This document shows, piece by piece, positions 30,427 to 40,202 of a DNA stretch of 64,000 bases. The notes beneath the pieces are model-generated. The model was not told where the DNA came from. It made no database searches and saw only the letters and a list, made by a program, of their open reading frames with translations. The stretch is from Nitrosarchaeum sp. Lineage in GTDB: Archaea > Thermoproteota > Nitrososphaeria > Nitrososphaerales > Nitrosopumilaceae. The translations under genes were made by a program, and so were the position numbers. The stretch's first letter is position 1, and each line of letters starts with the position of its first letter. The DNA is taken from positions 320,001 through 384,000 of the forward strand of contig OZ245020.1 in NCBI GenBank assembly GCA_965223865.1. Reading direction: 5' to 3'.

Positions 30427-31341
30427 TTATAGATCTAATGAGTCTTTAAGACCTTTGTATCTATTTCGGATAGTTACTTCAGTTACATTTGCAGCTTCTG
30501 CTATATCTCTTTGAGTTTTATCCTCACCATTTTTGACACAAGACAAGTATAATGCTGCTGCAGCCAGCCCCATAGGATCTTTTCCTGCTGAAACTTCGTT
30601 TTCTTGTGCTTGCTTTAGTACTTTGATTGCATATCTTTTTGTTTTTTCTGCAATTCCAATTCTACTTGCAATTCTTGCAACACATTGAATGGAATCAGTT
30701 ACAGGCATCTTTAAATCAAGTTCTTTTACTAATAATCTGTAGCATCGAGCAATATCTTTTCTTTTTATGTTTGCTGCTTGCTCTACATCTTTGAGGTTTC
30801 TTGGTGTTTCAGTGTCTCGACATGCAGCATATAACGCAGATGCCATCAATGCGGAAATAGAACGTCCTCTGACAAGGCCCTTATCAAGAGCTTTTCTATA
30901 GATGTAAGCTGCTTTTTCGATTACAGCATCAGAAATTGCGAGTTTGTCTTTTAATCTATTTAATTCACTAAATGCTTGCCTAAAGTTTCTATCAACTGGT
31001 TCATGAACTTGACTTCTACTGTCCCAGGTTCTAAGTCTTTCAATGGTGCTTTTCATTGATGCAGTTAACGGACGACCTGAGGCGTCCTTGTTGACAGGAT
31101 TAATGATTGTAGCCAATCCCATATCATGCATAGTTAAAGATGTTGGTGCACCTGCTCGAGCTCGATCGCCATGTTCATCTTGGGTAAAGGATCTCCATTC
31201 TGGTCCCGATTCTTGTAATTTCTCAGTAATAACAAAGCCACATTTAGAGCAAAACATTTCTCCAGATTCATTGTCTGTGACTAGTTTACCCTGAGCGCAT
31301 CTTGGACACAATTCTTTTGGGTTTTTAGATTGATTTACCAT
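30427..31341 (-). CDS. tfb: Transcription initiation factor IIB
   Basis: Zn ribbon CPRC...CSKCG, B-reader GPEWR, cyclin repeats, VTEVTIRNRY. Confidence 0.96.
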   Translation of the reverse strand: MVNQSKNPKELCPRCAQGKLVTDNESGEMFCSKCGFVITEKLQESGPEWRSFTQDEHGDRARAGAPTSLTMHDMGLATIINPVNKDASGRPLTASMKSTIERLRTWDSRSQVHEPVDRNFRQAFSELNRLKDKLAISDAVIEKAAYIYRKALDKGLVRGRSISALMASALYAACRDTETPRNLKDVEQAANIKRKDIARCYRLLVKELDLKMPVTDSIQCVARIASRIGIAEKTKRYAIKVLKQAQENEVSAGKDPMGLAAAALYLSCVKNGEDKTQRDIAEAANVTEVTIRNRYKGLKDSLDL

Positions 31342-31469
31342 CTCACGATTCTAGGTTCTTGAGTTTGTTGGTATTTATGAATCATCAACTTTTATGCTTA
31401 AATTTTGGGCGTGTGAACCTGATAATAACACAGAATAGTCATTATGGAGATATTATTTTAGGAAAAACC

Positions 31470-32426
31470 ATGAAGTTATACGGGATTATCTCTTTGATGG
31501 TATTTGCGATCATTGTTTTGCTTCCAAGTGCATTTGCAGATACAAAAAACCTAACCATGGAAGGGAGCATGGACATTACTATTACATATCCAAATGAAGT
31601 TGTAATTGACAGAATTGTCTCGGTATCGATACTAGTAGAAAACAAGGGTTGGGAAGATAAACAAGACATTTCCTTTGTGTTTACTAGCCAAGATAATGCA
31701 TTAGTTCCTCTAATATCAAATAGTGTAATAATAGAAAAACTGTCACAAGGAGGTTCGTTTGGAGGAAATATCGATTTTCAAGTATCAGAAAATGCCAATC
31801 CTGGAACTAACTTTCTAAATGTAAAATATTCTCAAATTCTTGTTGCAAATAATGAAAATCCTCAAGAGAAAATGTTTCAAGATATTGCAATTCCAATTAC
31901 AATAAAAGAAAAGCCAAATGTTATAGTATATACAAAGACACCAGAATCAATTTTTGCAAAGGCGGAATTTCCAATAGAGGTGGAAGTAATTTCTGAGGAT
32001 ATCAACATTTCAGATGTTATCATAAAAGTAATCCCACCAAAAGACATAGAGTTTAGAGGAGAGACGCTTCATAGATTCTCAACAATCGAAAAAAATACTC
32101 CAGTTGGGATTACGTCAAGAATTATTACAACAAATGAAGAAGTAAATACAGAGTATAAAATACCATTTGAGATAATTGTAGAGTATACAGATGATGAGGG
32201 AGAGAGAAATATGGATTCAAAAACAGTATCTTTGATTTTAAGACCTCGTACATTTATGGAGCTTACGACAGATGGAGGAATTTGGATTGGTAACTTTTTC
32301 ATAGCACCATACGTCTCACTTGGCACTATCATTGGAATTCCAGCTGGGGCAATAATATCCCTAATTATAAGAAAAAAAACATCAAAACCCAAGAAGAGAA
32401 AAACTAAAAGAAAATCTGGTGCCTAA
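31470..32426 (+). CDS. Secreted Ig-like (COG1361/S-layer-like) protein with C-terminal TM anchor
   Basis: Signal peptide, two beta-sandwich-like repeats, TM helix and basic tail. Confidence 0.7.
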   Translation: MKLYGIISLMVFAIIVLLPSAFADTKNLTMEGSMDITITYPNEVVIDRIVSVSILVENKGWEDKQDISFVFTSQDNALVPLISNSVIIEKLSQGGSFGGNIDFQVSENANPGTNFLNVKYSQILVANNENPQEKMFQDIAIPITIKEKPNVIVYTKTPESIFAKAEFPIEVEVISEDINISDVIIKVIPPKDIEFRGETLHRFSTIEKNTPVGITSRIITTNEEVNTEYKIPFEIIVEYTDDEGERNMDSKTVSLILRPRTFMELTTDGGIWIGNFFIAPYVSLGTIIGIPAGAIISLIIRKKTSKPKKRKTKRKSGA

Positions 32427-32722
32427 GCTTGGAGTTTTTCATGAATTGAGTTAATGTATTTTTGGCTATATTCAGTATACATTTGGATTTTGTCTTGTGC
32501 TAATGCCATGGCTCCAGGTCTACTATTTACTAATTTTTCAGCAGTTTGTTGTTCTTCTAAGAGTTTTTTTAAGTTCTCTTTGCTTTGAGAATCAAGTTGT
32601 AAGAGTAATGTATGAAGTTCGTTTTCAAGCAAGTTTTTAGTGTCAGGAATTGCTGGAGGATCAGCTCCAATGATTTCTTTTGTTGTAATTTTTCCAAATA
32701 CTTTTTTGTCTAGTTCGGTCAA
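32423..32722 (-). CDS. Hypothetical protein
   Basis: 99-aa helical ORF. Confidence 0.7.
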   Translation of the reverse strand: MTELDKKVFGKITTKEIIGADPPAIPDTKNLLENELHTLLLQLDSQSKENLKKLLEEQQTAEKLVNSRPGAMALAQDKIQMYTEYSQKYINSIHEKLQA

Positions 32723-32799
32723 TAATGAAAAACTCCATATGGTGTTATAAATTCAATTTGGATTTCTAATTTTATCAAATCTTGTATTAGAATAGTTTT

Positions 32800-32889
32800 T
32801 TAAAAAATAAAGGCTAAGATTGCAATGCAATTACTTTCTCAGATTTGATATGAGTGCTCTGATTTAATTAGAATTTATAAAGAAAATTA
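32800..32889. repeat. Left arm of exact 90-bp inverted repeat (partner 33820-33909)
   Basis: TTAAAAAATAAAGGCTAAGATTGCAATGC...TTTATAAAGAAAATTA is the exact reverse complement of 33820-33909. Confidence 0.95.
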
Positions 32890-32895
32890 GGTTTA

Positions 32896-33021
32896 ATGAT
32901 TCAGGTAAAAAATGACTCTTTTGATATATGTCAGTGTGATGTTTGTGAAAATTGTAATTTTGACACTGAAAAGAACAAGAAATTATGTCAAGCTTGTATC
33001 AAGAATATTCATAAATTCTAG
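32896..33021 (+). CDS. Cys-rich micro-protein (41 aa; CxCxxCxxC...CxxC...H), absent from the ORF track
   Basis: Manual translation MIQVKNDSFDICQCDVCENCNFDTEKNKKLCQACIKNIHKF. Confidence 0.6.
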   Translation: MIQVKNDSFDICQCDVCENCNFDTEKNKKLCQACIKNIHKF

Positions 33022-33605
33022 TAATCATGTTCGCTAAAATCTGATCCTAATGAGATTGTTGCAATGATAGTACTTTTTGTAGTTTGGAATTTAAGATTTT
33101 TGTCAGGTACAAATTGATGAAATATTTCTTTAAGTAGTTGTTCTGTAAACAATGACCAATTCATTCCTAATTCATGTTGAATAATAAAGTGGTGTAATTC
33201 TCCCTCTGTTCTATGGTCGGATTTCATTCCAGATGCTCTGATATAGTCTTCTAATGTTTCAATACAACGTTTAAGATCATACTGACCTTTCATGAAAAGA
33301 ACAGTATCTTTAATCAGAGGAAGAACTGCTTTGATTATTTCGTTAATATCTGTACCATCCATTTCTTCGCCAAGTGAATCCAAAATTCCTTTTGGAACAG
33401 GAATCATACCAATTTTATCGCCAAAGCGATCCCATTTTACATACTTTTCAAGAATTTGTTTTACCAAAACATTTTGTGAGATATTTTTATGCATTGCTTC
33501 GGTTTCAAGCTCCTCTACAACTTTTGCAGGAAGACGATAAGTAATACTACGGGTCTTTTCTTTTTTTGGCGGATGAGTTTGTCTACTTGTTGGAGCTGAT
33601 TTCAA
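33018..33605 (-). CDS. Ribbon-helix-helix regulator with C-terminal sensor-like domain
   Basis: TRSITYRLPAKVVEELETEAMHKNISQNVLVKQILEKY is an RHH pattern; paralogue of 44666-45187. Confidence 0.75.
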   Translation of the reverse strand: MKSAPTSRQTHPPKKEKTRSITYRLPAKVVEELETEAMHKNISQNVLVKQILEKYVKWDRFGDKIGMIPVPKGILDSLGEEMDGTDINEIIKAVLPLIKDTVLFMKGQYDLKRCIETLEDYIRASGMKSDHRTEGELHHFIIQHELGMNWSLFTEQLLKEIFHQFVPDKNLKFQTTKSTIIATISLGSDFSEHDY

Positions 33606-33819
33606 TATGCTTTATTCCAATAGTCGATATACCTAGTATTAATGTCATATTTTAGTTTAAAAGGAAAAAAGGTAAAAAAACTATTTTTTCTTAAAGAAGA
33701 ATTCGTCTTTTTCTTCTAGATCCTTGTTCTACCTCAGAAATTTACACAAATTAGAACAAATCTACAATGAAAATGAAGAAAAATTTCAAACTTGGATGAA
33801 TATATCAAGATAATAGCCG

Positions 33820-33909
33820 TAATTTTCTTTATAAATTCTAATTAAATCAGAGCACTCATATCAAATCTGAGAAAGTAATTGCATTGCAATCTTAGCCTTT
33901 ATTTTTTAA
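33820..33909. repeat. Right arm of exact 90-bp inverted repeat (partner 32800-32889)
   Basis: Read directly. Confidence 0.95.
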
Positions 33910-33927
33910 TCAGAATAATATCATCCA

Positions 33928-34257
33928 ATGAATGGTAAGATTTTGGTTTTATTGACTGCTGTCGTCTTCACCATGGGTTACTATGCAGAAAATACAGTTG
34001 CATTTGCACAGTATATGGGTAACGTAGGCAGTGGAGGAGAAACCGGAGCATATACCTTAGAAGAAGCACTCGAAATTCAAAGAAGAAGAATTGATGCAGC
34101 AGAAGCAAATCCAGCATCTGGTTCAGGCACACCCTATCTTGATGCAAGTGGTGTAGTTGGTGCATCAGTTATTGCAGGTGCAGTCTTTGGTGGTATTGCA
34201 GCAGCCTTCTTCATTAGAGGAAGATCTGGAAAATACGCAGCAATGGGACGTGGTTAA
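33928..34257 (+). CDS. Small secreted, membrane-anchored protein
   Basis: Signal peptide (VAFA), Gly/Ala-rich C-terminal TM helix, basic tail. Confidence 0.75.
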   Translation: MNGKILVLLTAVVFTMGYYAENTVAFAQYMGNVGSGGETGAYTLEEALEIQRRRIDAAEANPASGSGTPYLDASGVVGASVIAGAVFGGIAAAFFIRGRSGKYAAMGRG

Positions 34258-34320
34258 GATGAATCATTCCCAGAATTTTATAATATATTTAGAAAATGTG
34301 CAAAAAAAGGGAGGTAGAAT

Positions 34321-34530
34321 ATGACATATTGTATTGGTGAATGTAAGAAATACAAAGCAGCAAAGCCAGCTCAAATTGGTAGATATGCAGCAGGACAAAA
34401 GAGATGCAATTACTGTGAAATCTTTGTAGATTATGATGGGATTACTTGTCCATGTTGCAATAGACAATTAAGATGTCTTCCACGTAGCAGAAAAGGTAAA
34501 GAGAAGTATCTAGAACAAATAGTGCTCTAA
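34321..34530 (+). CDS. Small Cys-rich Zn-finger protein
   Basis: CIGEC, CNYC and CPCC motifs. Confidence 0.8.
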   Translation: MTYCIGECKKYKAAKPAQIGRYAAGQKRCNYCEIFVDYDGITCPCCNRQLRCLPRSRKGKEKYLEQIVL

Positions 34531-34545
34531 TAAGATAAAAAGGAA

Positions 34546-35025
34546 TTATTGTACTGATACTGACTTTTTCTTTTGTGTTCTAGTTGGTTTTGCTTTAGGC
34601 AGTGTAATATCTAATACACCATCAGTAAGTTTTGCCTTTACTTTTCCTGACACCACATCTTCAGACATTGGTAATGTTCTGTAGTATGAAATATGACTTC
34701 TCTCCTTTCTGAGAAAGTTTTTTTTCTTTTCTTCAGATTCCTCTTTATGCTCAGCTGATACTTCCAAGGAATTATCAGTTACGTTTAGGTTGATCTCATT
34801 TTTCTTTACTCCAGGAACATCCATTTTTACACGGAATTGGTTGCCTTCATCTATGACATCACAAGATGTTTCTGGCATTTTTGGCATAGATAATGAGGGA
34901 AATGATGAAAATGCTTTCTCCATATCCTTTCTTAGGTTTTCAATTGATCTGTCAATATCTGTCCAGCTAGATGTCCAAAATGTAGTAGGTTTTGATTCCT
35001 TTTTTACCGGTTTTTTTGTTGCCAT
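34546..35025 (-). CDS. Small heat-shock protein (Hsp20/alpha-crystallin)
   Basis: DVPGVKK, ERS...YYRTLPM, AKLTDGVLDITLPK and terminal VSV motif. Confidence 0.93.
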   Translation of the reverse strand: MATKKPVKKESKPTTFWTSSWTDIDRSIENLRKDMEKAFSSFPSLSMPKMPETSCDVIDEGNQFRVKMDVPGVKKNEINLNVTDNSLEVSAEHKEESEEKKKNFLRKERSHISYYRTLPMSEDVVSGKVKAKLTDGVLDITLPKAKPTRTQKKKSVSVQ

Positions 35026-35145
35026 GATAAAAAATTTTTAAAAAATAATTTAAAATGTTAAGATAATTCCCAAAAACTGAAATAAGCAATAATCATGCGT
35101 GAAAATAAAACGTCTATTTATAAGAAAATAATTCTAGGTAATTAT

Positions 35146-35418
35146 ATGGTAATTCCAGTAGATATCCAAGATTATGTTGAAAAACATATCAAATTAATGA
35201 TTTCTCAAACTGAAACTTATCTTCCGTTCATCAAGATGGCATATCCTTACTCCAAAAATTTAGCTGATGGAGTTTACAGTTTAATAGTTGGTAGTGCACT
35301 TTCTGTATTTGTTAATCAGTATGCAATGAGAATGAAAAACCCTACAGCAGATGATTTTTCAGAATTTGGCAAGATTACACTAAAGTATAGAGATCAAGTA
35401 GAACAGTTTTTTACCTAA
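35146..35418 (+). CDS. Hypothetical protein
   Basis: ORF from ATG 35146. Confidence 0.7.
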   Translation: MVIPVDIQDYVEKHIKLMISQTETYLPFIKMAYPYSKNLADGVYSLIVGSALSVFVNQYAMRMKNPTADDFSEFGKITLKYRDQVEQFFT

Positions 35419-35814
35419 TCAATCGATTTTGATTTTTTGGCCGGAGAACTTCTTTGGTATTACAATGTTTAAACGTCCGTTTTCAAATTTTGCAGTAGTT
35501 TTGTTTTTGTTTATGTTTCCTGGAAGAGTAATTGTTTTTTTAAAATACTGAAATTTTGTTTGTACACCTAATTTTTCTTCAGAATATATTTCTCTTAGTT
35601 TTGCTTCTACACTTATTGATCTTTCATCAAAAGTTATTTTGATATCTTTTTTGTTTACTAGAGGAAGATCAAATTCTAGTAACCAATGAGTTCCAAATTC
35701 TCTTAGGCAAGAAAGTGGAGAAAGGATTTGACTATCCATATCATCACTAAATAACGAAGTCATTGAGGGCTGAATTATTCTGATTTCAAATTTATCATTA
35801 TTTATTTTGGTCAT
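35419..35814 (-). CDS. Small heat-shock protein (Hsp20 family)
   Basis: DLPLVNKKDI, AKFENGRLNIVIPK and terminal IKI motif. Confidence 0.88.
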   Translation of the reverse strand: MTKINNDKFEIRIIQPSMTSLFSDDMDSQILSPLSCLREFGTHWLLEFDLPLVNKKDIKITFDERSISVEAKLREIYSEEKLGVQTKFQYFKKTITLPGNINKNKTTAKFENGRLNIVIPKKFSGQKIKID

Positions 35815-35818
35815 TTAA

Positions 35819-36544
35819 TCACCGATAAATTTGAGGAGCTCTTGTAGGTTGTTTTTCCTGTTTCTGTTGTTGTAAAGCACGAATAGTTTCTTCCATTAGA
35901 TTTCTATGTTGTATTCTTAGTCGTTCCATTTTCTTTTGAATATCAGTTGTATCTACTTTGATATTCAAAACTTTGGCCAGGGTTGTTATGGCTAAAATTG
36001 ATGCTTCTGGATCTGGAAAGAAAGGATGACATTCTGCATATAAAATTAATGCAGGAATTTTTGATTTTCTAAAAACTGAAATTATTGCAGCGTCAGTACC
36101 AAAAATTGAACCTGCAAGAAATTTTGAGATTTGATTTATGTATAGAAGTTCTTCTAGTGATTTGTGTGTAACTAATCCATAGATTTTAGGTGATTTTGGA
36201 CTTTGGTTTATTGTTTCCATTCCACTTACTATAATGATTTTTTGAATATCGTTATTTTTGCAGTATTGTAAAATTGATTCAGAAAAATCATACGCACGAT
36301 ATGGATCAAATGGAAGGTCAGATATTATTACAAAAATATTATTTTTTTTGTAAATCCGAATTGGTGGTAAAATTTCTCCATCTTCTACAAATAAGGTAGG
36401 AGGTAAATCAGGATGTTCAATTTCTCCAATTTGTTTCATACCTAAGTAATGGATTAGATAGGATATTGAAAAGGTTCCAACTAGACCATTACTTGGAAAA
36501 CCTACTAACAAAATATTTTCTTTAGATAATTTACTAATTTTCAT
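35819..36544 (-). CDS. Proteasome assembly chaperone family protein (PAC2/PbaA-like)
   Basis: VGFPSNGLVG, PPIRIY and PDPEAS motifs; C-terminal IYR resembles an HbYX motif. Confidence 0.85.
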   Translation of the reverse strand: MKISKLSKENILLVGFPSNGLVGTFSISYLIHYLGMKQIGEIEHPDLPPTLFVEDGEILPPIRIYKKNNIFVIISDLPFDPYRAYDFSESILQYCKNNDIQKIIIVSGMETINQSPKSPKIYGLVTHKSLEELLYINQISKFLAGSIFGTDAAIISVFRKSKIPALILYAECHPFFPDPEASILAITTLAKVLNIKVDTTDIQKKMERLRIQHRNLMEETIRALQQQKQEKQPTRAPQIYR

Positions 36545-36546
36545 AA

Positions 36547-37713
36547 CTAGAATATTGGCAATCCAATTTTTCTAACACTGGTTTTAGAACGCCTTTTTGC
36601 ACGTTTAGATAATGTCTTTAATAGCTTCTGGCTTAGATCTTCTAAAACTTCACTGAGATCAAATCCAATTGAACTGTAAATAAGAGGGGCACGGTGAGGT
36701 GTTGTAATCATTATCGATACTTCATACTTTCCTTCTTTTTTATTTCCAGTTCTTTGTTGTTTGATTGAAACTCTAGCCTCTTGAATTTCAGAATATACCT
36801 TTTGTAATCTTTTAAGAGTATTCTCAAATTTTTTGCTAATCAAATTTGTATTTTTTTGGTCTTCTGGTAATCCAACAATGTATAATGGAATTGGAGTTTC
36901 TATTTTTGATGCGAGTAATCCAAGAATATCTCTAAAGGTAATAATTCCATGAAGATTTTCCCATAAATTAACTAAACAACAAGAAGTGTTTGTTTTAAGC
37001 ATTGAACTTACAATTTTATTAAGATCATCATTTGGCGTACATTGAGGAATTCTTGTACTTCCAATATTTCCTATTCTAGATTCTAGTTTGCGAATAGTTT
37101 TGCTTCCCATCGATTTTCGTCCTTGACTTTCTTGTGGTAATATGGATTCTAAAAGATGTGTAGACGTAAGAACTTGTTTAATTTTTCCTTGATTCATGAC
37201 AGGTAAATGATCCAATTTTTTTGAGGTCATAATCCTTCTTGCATTGCTAAGTGATTCTTCTGAAGAGATTATTATTGGATTCTGGGTGTATATCAAATTG
37301 GCTTTTATCCATTTGTTATCTTTAGTTGAAAGTAGCTTCAAAATTCGTTTAGCGGTAACTACTCCAACGATTTTATTTTTTTGAACTACAGGTACTTCAC
37401 GAATTCTATAATGAGCAATAATATTTGCAGCCTTTTGAATTGAGTTATTTGGAGTTACAAAAGGAATTGGATAAAGAAATGGTTCTACTTTCATGGTTGT
37501 AATACTTTTGGCGTTAAGTAGTGCTCTGGTGTTCGTGGAAAGTGTTGATTTTCCATTAAGACAAAAAACGTCATATGAGTTATTTTTTGAAATTTTACTA
37601 ATAACACTTGAAAGAGTATCTGTTGGTTTAATTATAGTTGCTTTAGAAATTAGAGATTTTACTTTAGTAAATTGAATATCTTGGAGATGCTCATAAATTG
37701 TATCACTAATCAT
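36547..37713 (-). CDS. 4xCBS protein with C-terminal HPF/RaiA-like domain (Hib-like ribosome hibernation factor candidate)
   Basis: Four CBS repeats, then YIVGL-helix-EARVSIK-YEVSIMI-LIYSSIGFDLSEVLEDL-basic helix, matching the HPF beta-alpha-beta-beta-beta-alpha order. Confidence 0.7.
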   Translation of the reverse strand: MISDTIYEHLQDIQFTKVKSLISKATIIKPTDTLSSVISKISKNNSYDVFCLNGKSTLSTNTRALLNAKSITTMKVEPFLYPIPFVTPNNSIQKAANIIAHYRIREVPVVQKNKIVGVVTAKRILKLLSTKDNKWIKANLIYTQNPIIISSEESLSNARRIMTSKKLDHLPVMNQGKIKQVLTSTHLLESILPQESQGRKSMGSKTIRKLESRIGNIGSTRIPQCTPNDDLNKIVSSMLKTNTSCCLVNLWENLHGIITFRDILGLLASKIETPIPLYIVGLPEDQKNTNLISKKFENTLKRLQKVYSEIQEARVSIKQQRTGNKKEGKYEVSIMITTPHRAPLIYSSIGFDLSEVLEDLSQKLLKTLSKRAKRRSKTSVRKIGLPIF

Positions 37714-37801
37714 TTTGTTCTATCTAATTGGATTTCTTCCTAGTTTTAAATTAAAAGAAAATGCCAGATTTTCAGAGTTGATTTTCATGGATGATATTTG
37801 A

Positions 37802-38701
37802 ATGGATATATTTAACGAATTAAATCAACATGGTGTATTGCAATTAAAAAATGCAGATCTTAATCAGATCATAATCAAGAGGACTATAACTGTAAATCCC
37901 GATACCATACTTTTGGATGCAAGAGATATCTTACTTCGACATAATTTGAAAAGATTGGTAGTTATTGACTCAAAGAATAAACCAGTTGGAATTATCACTG
38001 AAAAAGATATTGCCAAGACAATTTATGCACTTGGAGACAAACCAATCAAATCTGTGAAAGTTTCAGGGTTTATGTCAAAGAAATTAATCACAATTAAAAA
38101 GACAGATACAATTTATGATTGCGCAAAATTGATGGAAAAAAATCATATCAGTTCCATTGTAGTTCTTGGTAAAAATGGTGTTTTAGAAGGCCTAATAACA
38201 AAAACAGACCTGGCCTCAATTTTTTTAACTCATGCTATAGCACCGCTCAAAGTTTCAAAAATAATGACTAGAAAAGTGATTACAGCAATGCCTGGTGATT
38301 CTCTGCTTTATGTTGAAAGTCTGTTAATTCATAACAGGATAGCAAGAATTGTTGTTCAAAGGAACAGAATTCCTGTTGGTGTGATAACTTTTAGAGATTT
38401 TGTTCCAGCAAAGTTACCATATTGGATTACACAGTCAGCAGATCCTAAGGAAGTTCAAGAATACAAAATGAGAAGTAATTTTGATGGTTTTCGTGTAAAT
38501 CAAATGAGTCATCTGTTACATTTCAAAGCAGTAGATATAATGTCTTCAAATCCAATTACAGTAGATGCAGATGAGGATGTTGGAGTAGCTGTTTTGTTAA
38601 TGATAAGAAATAACATTAGTGGCATTCCTGTTGTAAAAAAATCAAAACTTGTTGGAATAATTACCAAAACAGACATTGTAAAAGCTATTGCAGAGGCTTA
38701 A
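37802..38701 (+). CDS. 4xCBS domain protein
   Basis: VGIITEKDI, GLITKTDL, GVITFRDF and VGIITKTDI repeats. Confidence 0.9.
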   Translation: MDIFNELNQHGVLQLKNADLNQIIIKRTITVNPDTILLDARDILLRHNLKRLVVIDSKNKPVGIITEKDIAKTIYALGDKPIKSVKVSGFMSKKLITIKKTDTIYDCAKLMEKNHISSIVVLGKNGVLEGLITKTDLASIFLTHAIAPLKVSKIMTRKVITAMPGDSLLYVESLLIHNRIARIVVQRNRIPVGVITFRDFVPAKLPYWITQSADPKEVQEYKMRSNFDGFRVNQMSHLLHFKAVDIMSSNPITVDADEDVGVAVLLMIRNNISGIPVVKKSKLVGIITKTDIVKAIAEA

Positions 38702-38703
38702 GA

Positions 38704-39114
38704 CTATTTTACAATAAGAATAGAACAAGGTGAATTGTTTGCGAGTTTATTTGAAGTGCTTCCAAGAAAGAATCGTGCTGTAGCACCAAGTCCTTTATTT
38801 CCTACAATAATCAAATTACATTGTTCTTTTTTTGCAAGTTTGATAATCTCGTTTGTAACATTTCCTTCCTTCATAACTATTTTAGAATCAACACCTCTTC
38901 GAATGGCGGTTTCTTTTGCTTTAACCAAAACTTTGTTTCCAAATTTTCTTAAAATTTCAAGATAGTCTTTTCTATCTAATAGATTAATAGGAATTGATTT
39001 TTCTACAACATACAAAATTATTAGTCTAGCCCGGTAATTTTTTGATATATCACATGCGTGTAATAGAGCTTTATCTGAATATTTTGAGCCATCAAGTGGA
39101 ACCAAAATATTCAT
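38704..39114 (-). CDS. Universal stress protein
   Basis: ILVPLDGS and IVGNKG...LGSTS motifs. Confidence 0.92.
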   Translation of the reverse strand: MNILVPLDGSKYSDKALLHACDISKNYRARLIILYVVEKSIPINLLDRKDYLEILRKFGNKVLVKAKETAIRRGVDSKIVMKEGNVTNEIIKLAKKEQCNLIIVGNKGLGATARFFLGSTSNKLANNSPCSILIVK

Positions 39115-39295
39115 GTAAAATGATTTTCTCATGCAAAAATTTACAGATTATGAATATTTAACTAAACTCTTTGAAATTTATGTTATTAGACAGATATCAA
39201 TTAATTTTATAATAAAATAATGAAATTAAAAGATGATTATTATTATTGATAATCTTAATTCGGTATTAAATCGTAAAAATTGAGGCTAAAAGCAA

Positions 39296-39724
39296 ATGAT
39301 CAGAAAAAACATAAAAAAAATTCTAGTCCCACTTGATGGCTCTAAAAATTCCATGAGAGGATTAAATGAGGCAATTTATCTTGCAAGACAATGTTATGCT
39401 ACTATTACAGGATTGTATGTAATCCCAATTTATCCAAGAAATTTTGCTGATGCAATTATACCATATCAAATTCATCTTACAAAATCAGCTAAGACATTTA
39501 TGAATAATGCAAAAAATATCTGTGCAAAAAAAGGAATAATGTTTAAATCAAAAATAATTTTTGGTAGTCCAATTGTAGAAATTAATGATATGGTAAATAC
39601 CAAAAAATTTGATCTTATTGTAATAGGTTCAAGGGGTCAAAGTGGATTAAAGGAACTATTTTTGGGTAGTGTGGCAAAAGCTATAGTTCATAAATCAAAA
39701 GTTCCTGTGTTAGTAATAAAATAG
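39296..39724 (+). CDS. Universal stress protein
   Basis: ILVPLDGS and IGSRG...FLGSVA motifs. Confidence 0.93.
   Translation: MIRKNIKKILVPLDGSKNSMRGLNEAIYLARQCYATITGLYVIPIYPRNFADAIIPYQIHLTKSAKTFMNNAKNICAKKGIMFKSKIIFGSPIVEINDMVNTKKFDLIVIGSRGQSGLKELFLGSVAKAIVHKSKVPVLVIK
39308..39423. repeat. Left arm of exact 116-bp inverted repeat (5' coding part of a USP gene; partner 41255-41370)
   Basis: AACATAAAAAAAATTCTAGTCCC...GGATTGTATGTAAT is identical to the reverse complement of 41255-41370. Confidence 0.95.
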
Positions 39725-39732
39725 GTGTAAAG

Positions 39733-40200
39733 ATGTTTTCTAAAATGTTAACAAGAATTCTTGTACCATATGATGGTTCAAAATATTCTGAAAAAGCATT
39801 ATCAAGGGCAATGGAACTATCACATAATTTGGATTCTCAAGTGTTTTTGTTTTCAGTAATCAATGTAGATTACATTTCACCTCCTGGAATACTTGGACTA
39901 GCCAGAGCAAAATCTGAAAAAGAGTCCATGAAAAAATGGGAAAAAACAGTCAAAGATGATTCCGAAAAAATGCTAAAATCTGCTGCAAAGAAATGTGAAG
40001 AAAAAGGAATTGTAGTATCTTATAGTATTGGTAAAGGCAATATTGCAAATGAAATACTAAATTTTTCAAAAAAGAAAAAAATTTCATTAATAGTTATTGG
40101 AAGCCAAGGTCTTCATGGAATAAAAAAATTCAAGACTCTAGGAAGTGTAAGTAGAAGAGTTTCAGAGCATGCGATTTGTCCTGTACTTATAGTTAGATAG
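39733..40200 (+). CDS. Universal stress protein
   Basis: ILVPYDGS and IGSQG...LGSVS motifs. Confidence 0.92.
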   Translation: MFSKMLTRILVPYDGSKYSEKALSRAMELSHNLDSQVFLFSVINVDYISPPGILGLARAKSEKESMKKWEKTVKDDSEKMLKSAAKKCEEKGIVVSYSIGKGNIANEILNFSKKKKISLIVIGSQGLHGIKKFKTLGSVSRRVSEHAICPVLIVR

Positions 40201-40202
40201 AA

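Noticed and set aside
33642-33813. Possible small or frameshifted ORF inside the first inverted-repeat cassette
   Set aside because: The ATG frame stops after 25 codons and the longer frame lacks a clear start; no recognisable homology.
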